A DNA stretch of 64,000 nt from Massalongia carnosa. Taxonomy: Eukaryota. This document shows, in pieces, positions 1 through 11,467 of the stretch. The position numbers and the translations under genes were made by a program. Position 1 is the first letter of the stretch. Each line of letters starts with the position of its first letter. The notes below the pieces were generated by a model. It did not search any database. It was given only the letters and a program-made list of their open reading frames with translations, and was not told where the DNA came from. Location of the stretch: assembly GCA_965645245.1 (NCBI GenBank), contig OZ287077.1, forward strand, positions 620,001-684,000. Direction: 5' to 3'.

Positions 1-3000
1 TTGGTCAGCTGCTGATAGTCGCTCGTGCCGGCGGCGCGAAACATCTGTTCTCTATTGTCAATAAGTCTGCAGAACATGATTACATGTTCTGGAGTTTGTC
101 TGTGCCAGCCACATGAGCAGGCCGGTGAGGTGACGGAGGGCACCCGTCGCTTGTAGAGGAAGTCAGCTAACCCGATCTTGCCAGTGCGGATTTGAGTTGT
201 TAGAGCGCTTTCTGCCTTTTTTAGCTGCGTGTGTATTTTCAGCCGTTTTTTGCTCAGTGGGACTGATTGTGCTATGGAGGGTTCGATGACGCGATTTTGA
301 TATGCGCACCACGAGTCGTTCCAGACCTTCATTTGTCGTGCTTTGATTGTTTGCATCTGCTTGTGTCGGGCCGTTGCCGCAACGGTAGCTTCGCGGTGCC
401 ACGCCGGGTAGACTTCGAACCATGGTGGGTGTGCCTTTGGTGGTTGAACTATTTTTGAGTCGATCAGTAGGCTTTTGGCCCAGATGTGTTTCAGCTCTCC
501 CGGGGTGGGCTTTTGAAGTCGTTTGCGACCTGCCTTGCCTCGAAGTTTGTCAGCTATTTTGTTGCATGCGGAGGAGATGATCTTCAATTGGCCTCCGGCT
601 CGGAGCCGGTGCCTTGCCTGTGCTTGTAGCATGTCGAGATGCGTGTCTATGGGTGCTATGAATGTCTCTGCTTCTAGTACTGAGATGGGAGTGGCTTTAA
701 AGGCACCGGCTATGGTGCGAAGGCAATTGTTTTGCATGACGGAGAGCTTGCTCGTTGACGTTTTTGACTTTTTGACTTCTTTGGGCATGTGCCATACGGT
801 TGACCCATATGTCATGGCCGGACGCACCACGGCACTGTAAACCTGCCTTGCCTTGGCGAAGGTGGCACCCCAAGTTGATGTGGAAATTTTTGTCAATGCC
901 ATGGATTGTTTGACCATTTTCTCTTGCGTTTTGCGAACGTGCGGTCCCCATTTCAATTTGGTGTCGATTTGTAGGCCCAATACTCTGATGTCCGTTTTAG
1001 GTTCAATTTCGGTGCTAGCAATATTGATGGATGCAGTCATGTTGAATCTTTTGGGATTTCTGGACAAGTGTATGAGTTCGTACTTCGTCGGAGCAAATAC
1101 GGATCCGTGCCGGGAAGCCCACGTCTCACATTGTCTGTGTATTGCCTCTAGAGTTTTGCAGTTTTCCTCGGTGCTTTTTCCATATGCCAAAATGTTTGCG
1201 TCGTCTACGAATCCTATGGCACTTGTGTTTTTGCCTGGTCGATCACATATTTCCAACAGATCTGCATTGTAAAATAGGTAAAGAATGGATGACAGGGGAG
1301 AGCCCTGCGGGATACCCGTTCTTACCGCAAACCGCCCAGTGACTTTTCGATTTATTGCTAAAGTGGTGCTTCGATCGCTCAGAAAGCTGTTTAACCAGTC
1401 GATGATCCATTTTGGAATTTTTCTTTTCCGTAGGTTGTGCGTTAGTCGTTGATGTGATACCGTATCGAACGCGCCGGCGACGTCCATGCTTAGCAGTGTG
1501 GCTACTTTGTCTTTTCCCTGTCCCCAAATCGTGTGAACCTGTTCAGTTAGCAGTTCCAGTGCTGACTCTGTGGATCTGCCCTTCCTTGCTCCCATCTGTG
1601 TATCGGGTAGGAGCCGGTGTTTTTCCGCCAGATAGGTTATTTTCGATGCAATGATGGATTCCATAACTTTACTGAGCGTGTTGAGCAGTGCAATTGGTCG
1701 GTAGGCTTTCGGCGTGGTATAGTCTCCTTTGCCTATTTTTTTCAGCGCTATTGTGTTTGCCATTTTGAAGGCCCGCGGGTGGTACGAGTGTGTGACGCAC
1801 GCCTGAAACAGAGGTGTTAGTAGTTCGACAAGTATTTCGCTGCATGCTTTGAGTATTCTGTTAGATATGCCGTCTGGGCCCGGTGCCTTATCGGACTTGA
1901 GCCGACTCAGGGCCGTCGATACTTCTGACTTGGTGATGATTATTGGGCAGTGCGGCGATGTAGGATAGAAGGATCCTTCTATGTCGCTTAGGTCGGCCGG
2001 TGGTGGTGCGGGAAAGAAGACACCTTTCAGCATTTCGGCTTTTTGGTCAAACGTGTCTGCTACTTGGTCATTGAATTTTAGCATCGGCATTTTGGATACT
2101 TCTCTAGATTGATGACTTTTGTCTTTGGCCCATTTCGCTAGCCGCCATAGTCCCTGAGGCGTTTCGGTGGCCTTATTGATTTCTTGACGAAAGTTTGTTC
2201 TCTTTGCCTTTTGAATGATTTTCTGTTTTTTATCATTGGATTTCATATAGTTAGACCAGTCCGTTAGGTCTAACGTGCTGGACCATATGCGGCGTAGTTT
2301 CCGTGTGGCTTTGGTGGCAATGCTGCATTCTTCTGTCCAGAATGGCTTAGCATATTCGCTAGATTTTGCCCATGGAACTGCTTCGTTGATGACATTTTGT
2401 AGAAATTTTTGAATCGATTCCGTGTACGCATCAATCTCGGCAGTGGTACGGGGAGACTCCGGTATAGGGGCGTGTCGTTCGGCCTCCCTTAATTTTTCCA
2501 GGTTTAGAAGTTTCCATGCTCTGCGTTTGATTTTCGGTTGCGGCTCGCTTCCGAGTAGGATGCGGGTTGATATCGGCACGTGATCAGACGATTGATTCAA
2601 TTCTGGTCTGGACATGCAGTGTTCGAGTCTTTCGACTAGGTATTCTGACATGAAAACCAAATCTATCGTGCTAGACGTGTTTCTTGCTTCCCATGTTACG
2701 GTGCCTTTCGGCAGTGTCAACGAAAGATTATGATCATCGATTATTTCCAGTAATTGATCAGCAGCAGCGTGTTGTGTGGGTCTTGAGGGACCATTCCAAA
2801 AGGAATGATGCAGGTTGAAATCTCCAAGTAGTATGTGATGCGCATCGGCGCTAAGCATGCTCCGAGCCGCCGGTAAGGTCGTGGGACTGTCAGTGGATGA
2901 ATAGGAAGCGGGAGAGGGGTTATACACATTATGGACGTGAATTGTTTCCATAACGCCTTCGGTGTAGGTCTTTATTTTCAAAGTGCACATGTCGGCCGAG

Positions 3001-3266
3001 GTGAATTCCACCTCCCAGCTGTCAGTGTCTATTAGGTCGTTGACATAAAAGCACACTCTGGTGTCACCTCCTGGGCGGTATAGGAGGTGAAAGCCGCTTT
3101 GATGAGAACTAAGCGATGTGGGGGCGGATGGATTGCGCCACGGTTCCTGTATTGCAATAATATCATAGTCCTGGGTGTTTGTGTCTGCTAAGAGGGGTAT
3201 CATAGTACTCACTCTGTCATTTCTGACATTATACTGCAATATAGAGAGGGATTTTGTGTCCCTCAT
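1..3266 (-). CDS. LINE ORF2 (AP endonuclease + reverse transcriptase + C-terminal CCHC), partial at window edge
   Basis: Hand translation from ATG 3266: LQYNV, IAIQEPW, HNVYNP, LLGDFNLHH, SDHVPI (endonuclease); GIPQGSPLS at ~1316 and GFVDD (RT); CSCGWHRQTPEHVIMFC near position 100. All checked segments are in one frame. Its absence from the ORF track fits an ORF with no stop inside the window. Confidence 0.9.
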   Translation of the reverse strand, partial: MRDTKSLSILQYNVRNDRVSTMIPLLADTNTQDYDIIAIQEPWRNPSAPTSLSSHQSGFHLLYRPGGDTRVCFYVNDLIDTDSWEVEFTSADMCTLKIKTYTEGVMETIHVHNVYNPSPASYSSTDSPTTLPAARSMLSADAHHILLGDFNLHHSFWNGPSRPTQHAAADQLLEIIDDHNLSLTLPKGTVTWEARNTSSTIDLVFMSEYLVERLEHCMSRPELNQSSDHVPISTRILLGSEPQPKIKRRAWKLLNLEKLREAERHAPIPESPRTTAEIDAYTESIQKFLQNVINEAVPWAKSSEYAKPFWTEECSIATKATRKLRRIWSSTLDLTDWSNYMKSNDKKQKIIQKAKRTNFRQEINKATETPQGLWRLAKWAKDKSHQSREVSKMPMLKFNDQVADTFDQKAEMLKGVFFPAPPPADLSDIEGSFYPTSPHCPIIITKSEVSTALSRLKSDKAPGPDGISNRILKACSEILVELLTPLFQACVTHSYHPRAFKMANTIALKKIGKGDYTTPKAYRPIALLNTLSKVMESIIASKITYLAEKHRLLPDTQMGARKGRSTESALELLTEQVHTIWGQGKDKVATLLSMDVAGAFDTVSHQRLTHNLRKRKIPKWIIDWLNSFLSDRSTTLAINRKVTGRFAVRTGIPQGSPLSSILYLFYNADLLEICDRPGKNTSAIGFVDDANILAYGKSTEENCKTLEAIHRQCETWASRHGSVFAPTKYELIHLSRNPKRFNMTASINIASTEIEPKTDIRVLGLQIDTKLKWGPHVRKTQEKMVKQSMALTKISTSTWGATFAKARQVYSAVVRPAMTYGSTVWHMPKEVKKSKTSTSKLSVMQNNCLRTIAGAFKATPISVLEAETFIAPIDTHLDMLQAQARHRLRAGGQLKIISSACNKIADKLRGKAGRKRLQKPTPGELKHIWAKSLLIDSKIVQPPKAHPPWFEVYPAWHREATVAATARHKQMQTIKARQMKVWNDSWCAYQNRVIEPSIAQSVPLSKKRLKIHTQLKKAESALTTQIRTGKIGLADFLYKRRVPSVTSPACSCGWHRQTPEHVIMFCRLIDNREQMFRAAGTSDYQQLT

Positions 3267-4750
3267 AGGATTTCCATCGTTTCGGCCGCTGTGTTCGATG
3301 TGACCTGAGTTCCTGCCGTTAATGCTACGGAATCTGCACGAGGCCTACCCAGCACTGGTTTTGCTAAGGCCTTTACCATATTTTCAGGATTCATGATGCC
3401 TATATTAGCCCAGGTAGGTGCGTCGTCTCCCCGATGAGGGCCCGGGGGTGTGCCGGATGAGGGCGTAGCGTTGTGTATTTTTCTTTTCTTGCCGTTTACT
3501 ATCTTCCACGTTGACGGAATTTCGTCCGTTTGTGTGACTGTGGGTGTCGACTCTCGTTGAAGTTGAAATTGAAATGAGGGCGGCTGTGATTCGATTGCAT
3601 AGAGGGGGGCGCGGTTTTGCATTGCTATTTCAGTTTTTCGCTTTTCAGCTAATCTGACTTTGCATGCTGTGGACCATGCTTCGTGTCCCTTCTCTCCGCA
3701 TACGGCGCAACGGCGGTATTGCCCCGTTGTCTCCAGATTGCATTCTTTGCTTTGATGTCCACCGGCGCAGTGACCACAGGCGGCGGGATTGCGGCATGCT
3801 CTACCGATGTGTCCGTATTTTTGGCAGTTGAAGCATTGAGTCATGGTGCAACCACGTGTGAAGCGCTCGCAGTCCTTTATTTCGTAGCTTTCCATTAGGC
3901 CCTCGGTGATGAGCCGGTTAGCCATCTCGGCGGTGGCGACCTCTATATGAAGCGTCGAGTACGCTTTTTTCTCTCTAATGGCCTTGATTGACCAGGCTAC
4001 TTTGAAGATCTTCAGGTTAGGGTGCAGGCGTGCGTTAGCGGCCTGAAGGTAGGTGATGGCTGTTGATTGATTGGCCACTTTGATGTTTTCCACCCTGATT
4101 CCATTCGCTCTTACGGTGAAGGTGCGGGTGTGCACCGCAGCTGAGGCGGCCACCATGCGGGTCCAATCGGTCTTCTCCTGCAGGGTCTTCTTTGCTTCCA
4201 ATGACTCTGCGTGAATCCTGATGTCGCCGTTTAACAAACGCGACACTCCCCTTATTCCTTCAGCTCCATTTTGTAGTGTTTCTACTAACTCCTTGGTTGG
4301 CATTAGCTTCATTTTTTCCTTGTGCGCATCCTCCGTGATGTGAACGGTGATTTCCCGGGCACGTCGCGCTTCTCTTGGTGTAGGTGCTTTGTCTTTGCGG
4401 GCCTATTGAGGCTTGACGTTTTGGTTCTTTGGGGGTGCGGGCTCATCTCGGCCTTGCCTTGTGGCAGCAGCGGCATAGCTGCGAGGAGTGGTCTCATTGC
4501 GCTCTATGCGTGTCAATGATTGTTGGATTGCCTGTAATGTGTCACCTATGTTGTTGGGAGTTTCTGCAACTTTGTCATCGACTAGATTTTGCGCTTGCAA
4601 AATTTCCGCTGAGTTTCTCAGCAACTGCAACGCCTCCGGGTCACCAACGGTGCCCACTCGATCAAGATACTCCTTGATCTTTACGTGTAAACATTCCCTC
4701 CTTTCGCTGTGCGCTCTCGAGAGCGCGTTTGTTTGTTCGAGTGTAGTCAT
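3263..4750 (-). CDS. LINE ORF1 (gag-like, CCHC zinc knuckles), interrupted by one in-frame TAG at 4403-4405
   Basis: ORFs 4403..4750 and 3263..4312 are in the same frame and joined by open codons (ARKDKAPTPREARRAREITVHI). Motifs CFNCQKYGHIGRAC, CGHCAGGHQSKEC, CAVCGEKGHEAWSTAC. Confidence 0.88.
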
Positions 4751-6430
4751 TTTCGCCGTTTAAGGTTTGATGTTCCACATGCTGAAGATTACTTGAAGAA
4801 TCAAAGTCTTTATCGCAAACTTGGCACCAGTTATTAACTCCATCGTTTAAGCGATGGTCTTTGAGGTCGTCCGGGTTTCAACATCTAGTTAACAGGATTC
4901 GCAAATAAAATGCCTGTTGGACCGATAATAGTGCTGTTCTCGCTCCCAGTCGGATGGAAAGTCTTCTTAGCAGCGTTGGCACCATGAATGACGGTTGGAA
5001 TTTAGAAGATGGCTTTCGAGAGCCTGCCGACTTCTAAAATACCAGTGACAAGTGAAGCAATCATAGCTCCAGCTAAGTTGTTGACCTATCAGTCTTGTTC
5101 AAAAAAGGCATAAAATTGGCTGGAGGCAACGCAGACCTTGACATTTTAAGCTCCTGGCTACTAACAAGGGCTTGAGATGAAAATAAAGTTGCAGTTCTGG
5201 CCACTACAAGCTATCACTATAGGAGCACGATGTGGTCGTGCTTTTGGCAGCACTGGGAAGCTATGAGAACAAGATGAGCAGTCCTTAAAGACAGTACCCT
5301 CTCCACAGGTTGTATCCAATGCTTGTGCTTCAAATAAATATTGCTCTTGCTTGCTACAAAATTGCATTTGAGAAAATGACGAAGGAGAGGAGCTATCATA
5401 ACATACCTTATAAGCATCTAGTTTGCTATAGGCTATGTGACCCGAGCGCGAGATTCATCCATAGTTCATCCATTTCCCCAGATCCGGTGAGCGATACTCT
5501 TTACAGGTTATATAAGATAGAGCATGGAGCACGACCCTGTCATCGCGGATGAAGAAATGAATGACAACTATCCTTTAGTGCGTAAGGTAAATGTAGATAC
5601 CAAATTAATTAATAGGGACACACCGTGCCATGTATTCTTCACCCATGCGGCTGTACAATACCACAATACATCAGGCTGGACACAGGACGTCAAAAATAAG
5701 TAGCAGTGAGATATTTCATCACCTCACTCTTCGGACTCGTATTTTACACACAGCTCTTGATCATAACGTACGTTAACGTTATCTCGAATTAAAAAATCGG
5801 TTTCCGATTCTAATATAAAAAATGCTGAGAGGATGATTTATATAATAATTTGACTAGGTCGAACGGTAATGCTGGGACTGATTGGAAGGCAGGCAGGTCG
5901 TGTATAGCCGAATAAGCCCGAAGATCGAAGGGAAATGATGTCCAAAGAATTGGATAAGAAGAGGAGAAAAGAGCATTCACAGGCGACTTTTTGACACTCT
6001 TCTCTTCATCACCGCTATTGATTCGAAGCTCAGCAGTAAAAGGTCTTTTTCCTACTCATCTACGTATTAAAATGAAGGTTTTCTCCTCACTGCTGCCAAA
6101 AAAAAGCATTATGGGTAGAGCCCTCAGCAAAGCTAAGAACTAGAAAAGCAGCAGCGAGAAGAAGGTTGCCCAGTCGTAGATAATTGTATGCGAGCCGTTT
6201 AGTTTGAGCTGTTCAAACCTTTAAACTCTAACGCGCGGGTGTTGCGGCTGTGTGATCTTACACAAATCCACAACTCGGACTCACGATTTCTTAAAGATCT
6301 TTCGTCAGATAACTAATTAAACGATAGTTCTCTTGCCTATTTTTGTCTGTAATCCCATGACTTAAAATACTAACAAAACAAGTTTAAGCAACCCACCATT
6401 AGCTTTTTAAAACATCACACCAACCGCATA

Positions 6431-7630
6431 ATGAAGTCCACAACCCTCCACCTAAGGAGTGAAATCAAGCCTCACGAGGAACGTTCTGCACTGACCCCAG
6501 CGACCACCAAAAAACTCATCGCTGCCGGCTATAATGTTAATGTGGAGCGAAGTCTTGGTCGGATCTTCTGTGATGATGAGTTCAAGGATGCTGGGGCGGT
6601 ACTCGTGCCGGAAGGCTCATGGGTAGACGCTCCAAAGGAGCATATCATACTTGGGCTGAAAGAGCTTCCCGAGGAAGACTCACCTCTACACCATAATCAT
6701 GTCCAGTTTGCCCATTGTTATAAAGGCCAGGCAAATTGGAGAGAGGTTCTCTCGCGCTTTTCCCGGGGGGGGGGGACGCTCTACGACCTTGAGTTTCTTA
6801 CTGATGATAACGGTCGAATTGCTGCTTTTGGAGAACAGGCAGGGTATGCTGGCGCCGCGGTGGCGATCATGGTGTGGCGTTGGCAGCTGGAGCATGCTAA
6901 GCAGCCATTTCCTGGGCTGAAGAGCTACGCGAATAATGATCTACTTATAGAAGACCTGAAGATCCAACTAAAAGAGGGAGCTGAAAAGAGCGGTCGTTTG
7001 CCTCGGGCAATTGTAATTGGTGCTTTGGGTAGATCAGGCAAGGGCGCTCTTACTCTGTTACGTGCGATTGGTATTCCAGACTCGAATTTGCTGGAGTGGG
7101 ACATGGCCGAAACGGCAAAAGGAGGTCCATTTCCAGAGATTATTGAATCGGATATCGTGTGTGCAACCCTTCAATTTATCCTCTCATAACTGACACTCGG
7201 AAATTTTAGCTTGTGAACTGCATATACCTGTCCGAAAACACCCCAACTTTCTTGGACATGCAAACCCTGGCCAATTCATTGAGGAAACTGAGCGTTATTA
7301 GTGATGTATGCTTTTACTAGTCACCCAAGTCTTTTGTAGCAACTGACTTAAAAACAGGTGAGCTGCGACCCAACCTCACCATTCAACCCGATCAAAATTT
7401 ATAGTACCTGCACCACCTTTAGCAACCCCACAGTGCAGATAGATGTTGAGCATGATCCTCCACTGAGCGTAATCGCAATCGATCATCTTCCCTCCCTACT
7501 TCCGCGCTGGTCCAGCGAGGCTTTCAGCGCACAACTACTTCCTCATCTGTTAAAGCTGGACAAGCGGCATGAGAACCCAGTCTGGCTCAGAGCGGAGAAT
7601 CTATTTAAGGAAAAAATTGCCACGCTATGA
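6431..7630 (+). CDS. LYS1: Saccharopine dehydrogenase (NAD+, L-lysine forming), 3 exons
   Basis: LHLRSEIKPHEERSALTP, GLKELP, FAHCYKGQ, LYDLEFL, IGALGRSGKGA, WDMAETAKGGPF, IDHLPSLLPR; introns ~7157-7210 and ~7306-7357. Confidence 0.95.
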
Positions 7631-9444
7631 GAGCAGTTGGCTTACGATAAGCGGCATATTTACCTTTCCGCTAGATTAGATAGCTTCCTCCCGCTCCTAC
7701 GATTGACATCGAATTCCCGACTCGACAGCCATGTGTTGGTTTACTTCGGGATTACTTCGGGATTACTTGAAACCGCTATTTTTGGCTTTCTTGGCCCTTT
7801 CGCCCTCGTCCCCAAGTTCTCTTCCAAAAAAACAACAATAGTATGTTTCTGCAGTGTGAACACTTACATAGCTCTCAAAGCATCTTGGAGGTAGTTTGTG
7901 ATTGCACCCTTGGGCAGGAAAAGCGTAGTAAGTTTAGAAAGGGGACAATAACGACGGTAATTTTCAGGGGCGTTGTGATTAGAAATCTGATATCCTCTCC
8001 TGCGCTGTGGCCAACATGCTTTGATAACATTGTAGGATCTTGCATTTATGGTAACATCCTCTACCTCTATTAAATTCTTCGCTTTTTCATTCTCCCCACT
8101 GGTCTGCCTTCTCTGTACATAGATCGAAGGCCATCAATCTCAGATTATCGTCTTACTACACGTTATTCCGCTCCTAATACCCACCTACTTACCCACCCAC
8201 CCTTCTTCCCCTTTCCCAAATGCACTTAACGGCCTCCTCTCTTTATTGAAATGTCTCAGTTCTCCATGACATGACCCTGAGGCTACGACCAACATTACGA
8301 GCCTCTTCCGCCAAATTTTCTCCGGCATTAGAAGCACACGCGCAGTCCCCAGATACATAGATACTTGTCCATCTTAATTCCCCCCCCCCCCCAACCGCAG
8401 AATGAGTGTCCTTCCCCGTTTTGCGAGGAGACATCTGTGCACAAACCCCTTCCAAAACCCCCTAAAAATCGCTTTTCAGGATCAGCTCGTTTCATTTATG
8501 CCCTGGCTTCACTTGCTAAAAGGAGGAGCAGAGATTCTGCCATGTGTAGAGTATGAACCCTTTATAGGTGGTTCTAGTCGCCAGGAAACCCCCCCACATT
8601 CTCGACTTAGCTAGTTGCCTATCTTATCTATCTTATCTATCTATTTATCTACATACTATATCCATACTCCTCCTCGCTCTTCCTTCCGCAAGCGTTTCGT
8701 CTCATCTGTAACCGATAAGCGATAGAGACACAAGGGGGGTAAAGCAGTGTTACTACCGATCGTACAAAGTGCACAGATGATATCCAATCAATCCACGGAG
8801 GCGCGGCGTTGCCAACCGCGTTTTTTTCTTCTCCAAACTCTAAATCTATCATCTAACGTAACGAGGATGCCCGCGCATATATATAGATATTTATACCTAG
8901 ATACAGGACGACGAGAGTATTGACCCTAATAATTGCTATTTTTTTATTGGGGGGGGGAGTAGGCAAGCAGGTTTTTTGGGGGGGAGGCGGGAAGGGTGCG
9001 GGACGAGACTCGGATACATATCAGGACGATTGATCATATAGGTATGCATACCTTTGTTTAGCTCATCAGAAGGCGCGAATAAGTTTAGTACTTAGAAAGG
9101 GGGGGGGGGGGGGAAAGAAGGGAGGGGGAGCTTTTCGACCTCTCTCTCTCCCTCCCCCCGTCTCCCCATCCCTCCCCTCTCATGGGGCGATTTTGGTCTT
9201 ACCAAAGGCAAAATATACCGACCCTGAGCCCTTCTTGCTCAAACCCCTTTTCCCCGCCACGATTTCCATCGGGAAATGCCCCGAATTGGTTTATCCCCTG
9301 GAACTTAGCCCATGTAGCGCTTCTGGAGCAAGGAACGTTGTTCACGAGGGTCACGGGGATGTGGGAGGGGGGATTTTCTGTTCCTGAATACCTGCCTAGC
9401 TGGGTAGATGGGTGTTCTGATGGAGAGTACCTTACATACCTATA

Positions 9445-11467
9445 CAGTGAACCCTGGCTATAACGAATCGATGATTCCATGAAAAAAATTCGTTATAACC
9501 AGTTTTCGTTATAACCTTAATTTCTACGAAAACATCTCATTTTCTACCTAAAATAGCTGGTAATGGTCATCTGCTTTCTAGTATTGATTTCCCCATTTAG
9601 CATAACCTGCTCCGAAGCATTCAAACGTTGAATCAGATCGATGTCGCCATCTTCCTGTTGCTCATGAAATGTACGTAGTATTCTCAAAGCTTGAATAGCT
9701 TCAGAGTATTTCACTGTAGGTTTGACGATCTCATCTTCATCCGATTCTTCAATTTGACCCTCGGCGTATGCATCCACAATAGTATCAAGAATGTCATCAT
9801 CATCATCCTCAATGATTTCTTCCGCGGGATTGAGACATCGTTCAATACTTATGACGTCTTGAATGCGATCATTCTTCTTCAACTGCTGCAATGTAGTGCT
9901 CATCTCTTTTACTAGTTGATTGTAGTCTTCCGTCTCTTGATCAACTGCCTTCGACCAACCCTTTTCTTTCGTCCAGCCCATTTTCTTCGCTTGCAATTGC
10001 GTAGTAGGTCCGTAATTTGCTGAGAATACCAAAGACTTAATCCAGCAGTTGACGATAGTAGCGGGTTTGCCGTCATACTCCCAAGCAGTCATTGACCAAC
10101 GAATAGCTTGCAAAATATGCATGTTCTTAAAAGGATCTTTGTCCGCATCATACTGATCACATAAAAAGGCTAGCCATTTTCGCTTGTAGTGAGCCTTAAA
10201 CGTCTTGATGATGCCTTGATCCAATGGTTGACAGATGCTTGTAGCATTGGCAGGAAGAAATATCACTTTAACGTTTGATTCAGGATTTGATTCAGAATAC
10301 TGACGATAGCCAGCAACATGAGCTGAAAATCCATCGACTAGCAAGACTACTTTGCGATTTGTTTGACGACTAAACCATTGCAAATACTCTTGAAATAATA
10401 CTCCCGTCATCCATGCCTTTCTATTGCTTCGCCATAGCATATTCAGGTTGCTAACGTTGATCCCCTCACGCGTAAAACAGCGAGGTGTTTTTGCCGTACC
10501 AATGAACAAAAGTGGAAGTTTATGAGTGCCCGTTGCATTAACGCAAAAATTAACGGTTATTCTAGCTTTCTCAAGCTTCAATCCAGCAGATGAAGCTGTA
10601 GCCAACGTTCCATTCGGATTCATCTTCCAATACAAGGCAGCCTCATCCATGTTGTATACATCGTCTTGATCGTACGGAGCCAACTTAATTCTCAAGTCCC
10701 TCAATTCTTCTTCCACTGTCTCCTTGTCAACTGATGCCGCTTCTCCATGTCGAATACGAAAGGAGATGGAATGACGAGCTTTAAAAGCATCTAGCCAACC
10801 GTTAGAAAATTTGGGCATTTCTTCATGAGAGTATTGAGGAAGTTTTGTCCAGATTTTCTTTGCCATCTCCTTCAATAACTCTCCCGTCACAGTCGCCTGC
10901 TTTGTCTGCATTCGTTGTTGCCATTCGAAAAGAGCCGCTTCAAGATCCGGCCAAAAAGAAGCTTTCAATCTTTTGATATCAGGTTGAAATGTCTCCTTCT
11001 CATTTAAACGATCGTATTTTCGAGAAAGAATATCCGATATTGTAGATTCCGAAGGTGTATGACCGAATTCAGCTTCAAACCAGACTTGAAGAGCTTTGCC
11101 GAAAGGTCTTTTAACGAAATTATTCTGAACATACTGACGAAGCGCGTGTTTTTCTGCATCTGTGATAGGTCGACGACGTTTTTTGGAGGAAGAATTCATG
11201 ATGAGTTGTTGGTTATTAAAAGGATATGTTATCTATCGATAGGATGCGCAGCATGTAGTACTACGTATCAAGAATTTTTATCAGCTAATCCTAAAAGGGT
11301 AATTGCCGAGGTCTAGTTATAGCGAATCACTAAGAAACTTTCTAAAATTGCTTACGAATTCGCAACCGACATTCGTTATTTTACATACAAGAATCGCTCA
11401 TCCATGAAAAAAATTCGTTATAAGCCGAATTCGTTGGAAAAAGGTTCGTTTTAACCAGGGTTCACTG
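9445..11467 (-). mobile_element. Complete pogo/Tigger-like (Tc1/mariner superfamily) DNA transposon
   Basis: 23-bp TIRs CAGTGAACCCTGG(C/T)TA(T/A)AACGAA at 9445 and ending 11467; TA TSD at 9443-9444 and 11468-11469; single transposase ORF. Confidence 0.95.
9544..11199 (-). CDS. CENP-B/pogo-family transposase (two HTH domains + DDE_1 catalytic domain), 551 aa
   Basis: FSNGWLDAFKARH, VYNMDE, KAWMT, LLVDG(FSAH), PANATSICQPLDQGII; ORF uninterrupted. Confidence 0.93.
   Translation of the reverse strand: MNSSSKKRRRPITDAEKHALRQYVQNNFVKRPFGKALQVWFEAEFGHTPSESTISDILSRKYDRLNEKETFQPDIKRLKASFWPDLEAALFEWQQRMQTKQATVTGELLKEMAKKIWTKLPQYSHEEMPKFSNGWLDAFKARHSISFRIRHGEAASVDKETVEEELRDLRIKLAPYDQDDVYNMDEAALYWKMNPNGTLATASSAGLKLEKARITVNFCVNATGTHKLPLLFIGTAKTPRCFTREGINVSNLNMLWRSNRKAWMTGVLFQEYLQWFSRQTNRKVVLLVDGFSAHVAGYRQYSESNPESNVKVIFLPANATSICQPLDQGIIKTFKAHYKRKWLAFLCDQYDADKDPFKNMHILQAIRWSMTAWEYDGKPATIVNCWIKSLVFSANYGPTTQLQAKKMGWTKEKGWSKAVDQETEDYNQLVKEMSTTLQQLKKNDRIQDVISIERCLNPAEEIIEDDDDDILDTIVDAYAEGQIEESDEDEIVKPTVKYSEAIQALRILRTFHEQQEDGDIDLIQRLNASEQVMLNGEINTRKQMTITSYFR

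Larger units (their letters stand above)
1..4750 (-). mobile_element. Tad-like non-LTR retrotransposon (LINE); 3' end lies beyond the window start, 5' boundary not defined
   Basis: gag-like ORF1 with CCHC knuckles followed by an overlapping ORF2 carrying AP-endonuclease, RT and C-terminal CCHC motifs; no LTRs. Confidence 0.93.

Noticed and set aside
163..2929. Small ORFs listed in the track over the LINE
   Set aside because: They are antisense or off-frame shadows of the long minus-strand ORF2.
8940..9180. Poly-G/poly-C tracts as G-quadruplex elements
   Set aside because: Similar homopolymer tracts occur throughout the intergenic and intronic DNA of this window; nothing specific.
9544..11199. 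Domesticated CENP-B homologue (Abp1-like)
   Set aside because: Intact TIRs and TA TSD indicate a transposon.
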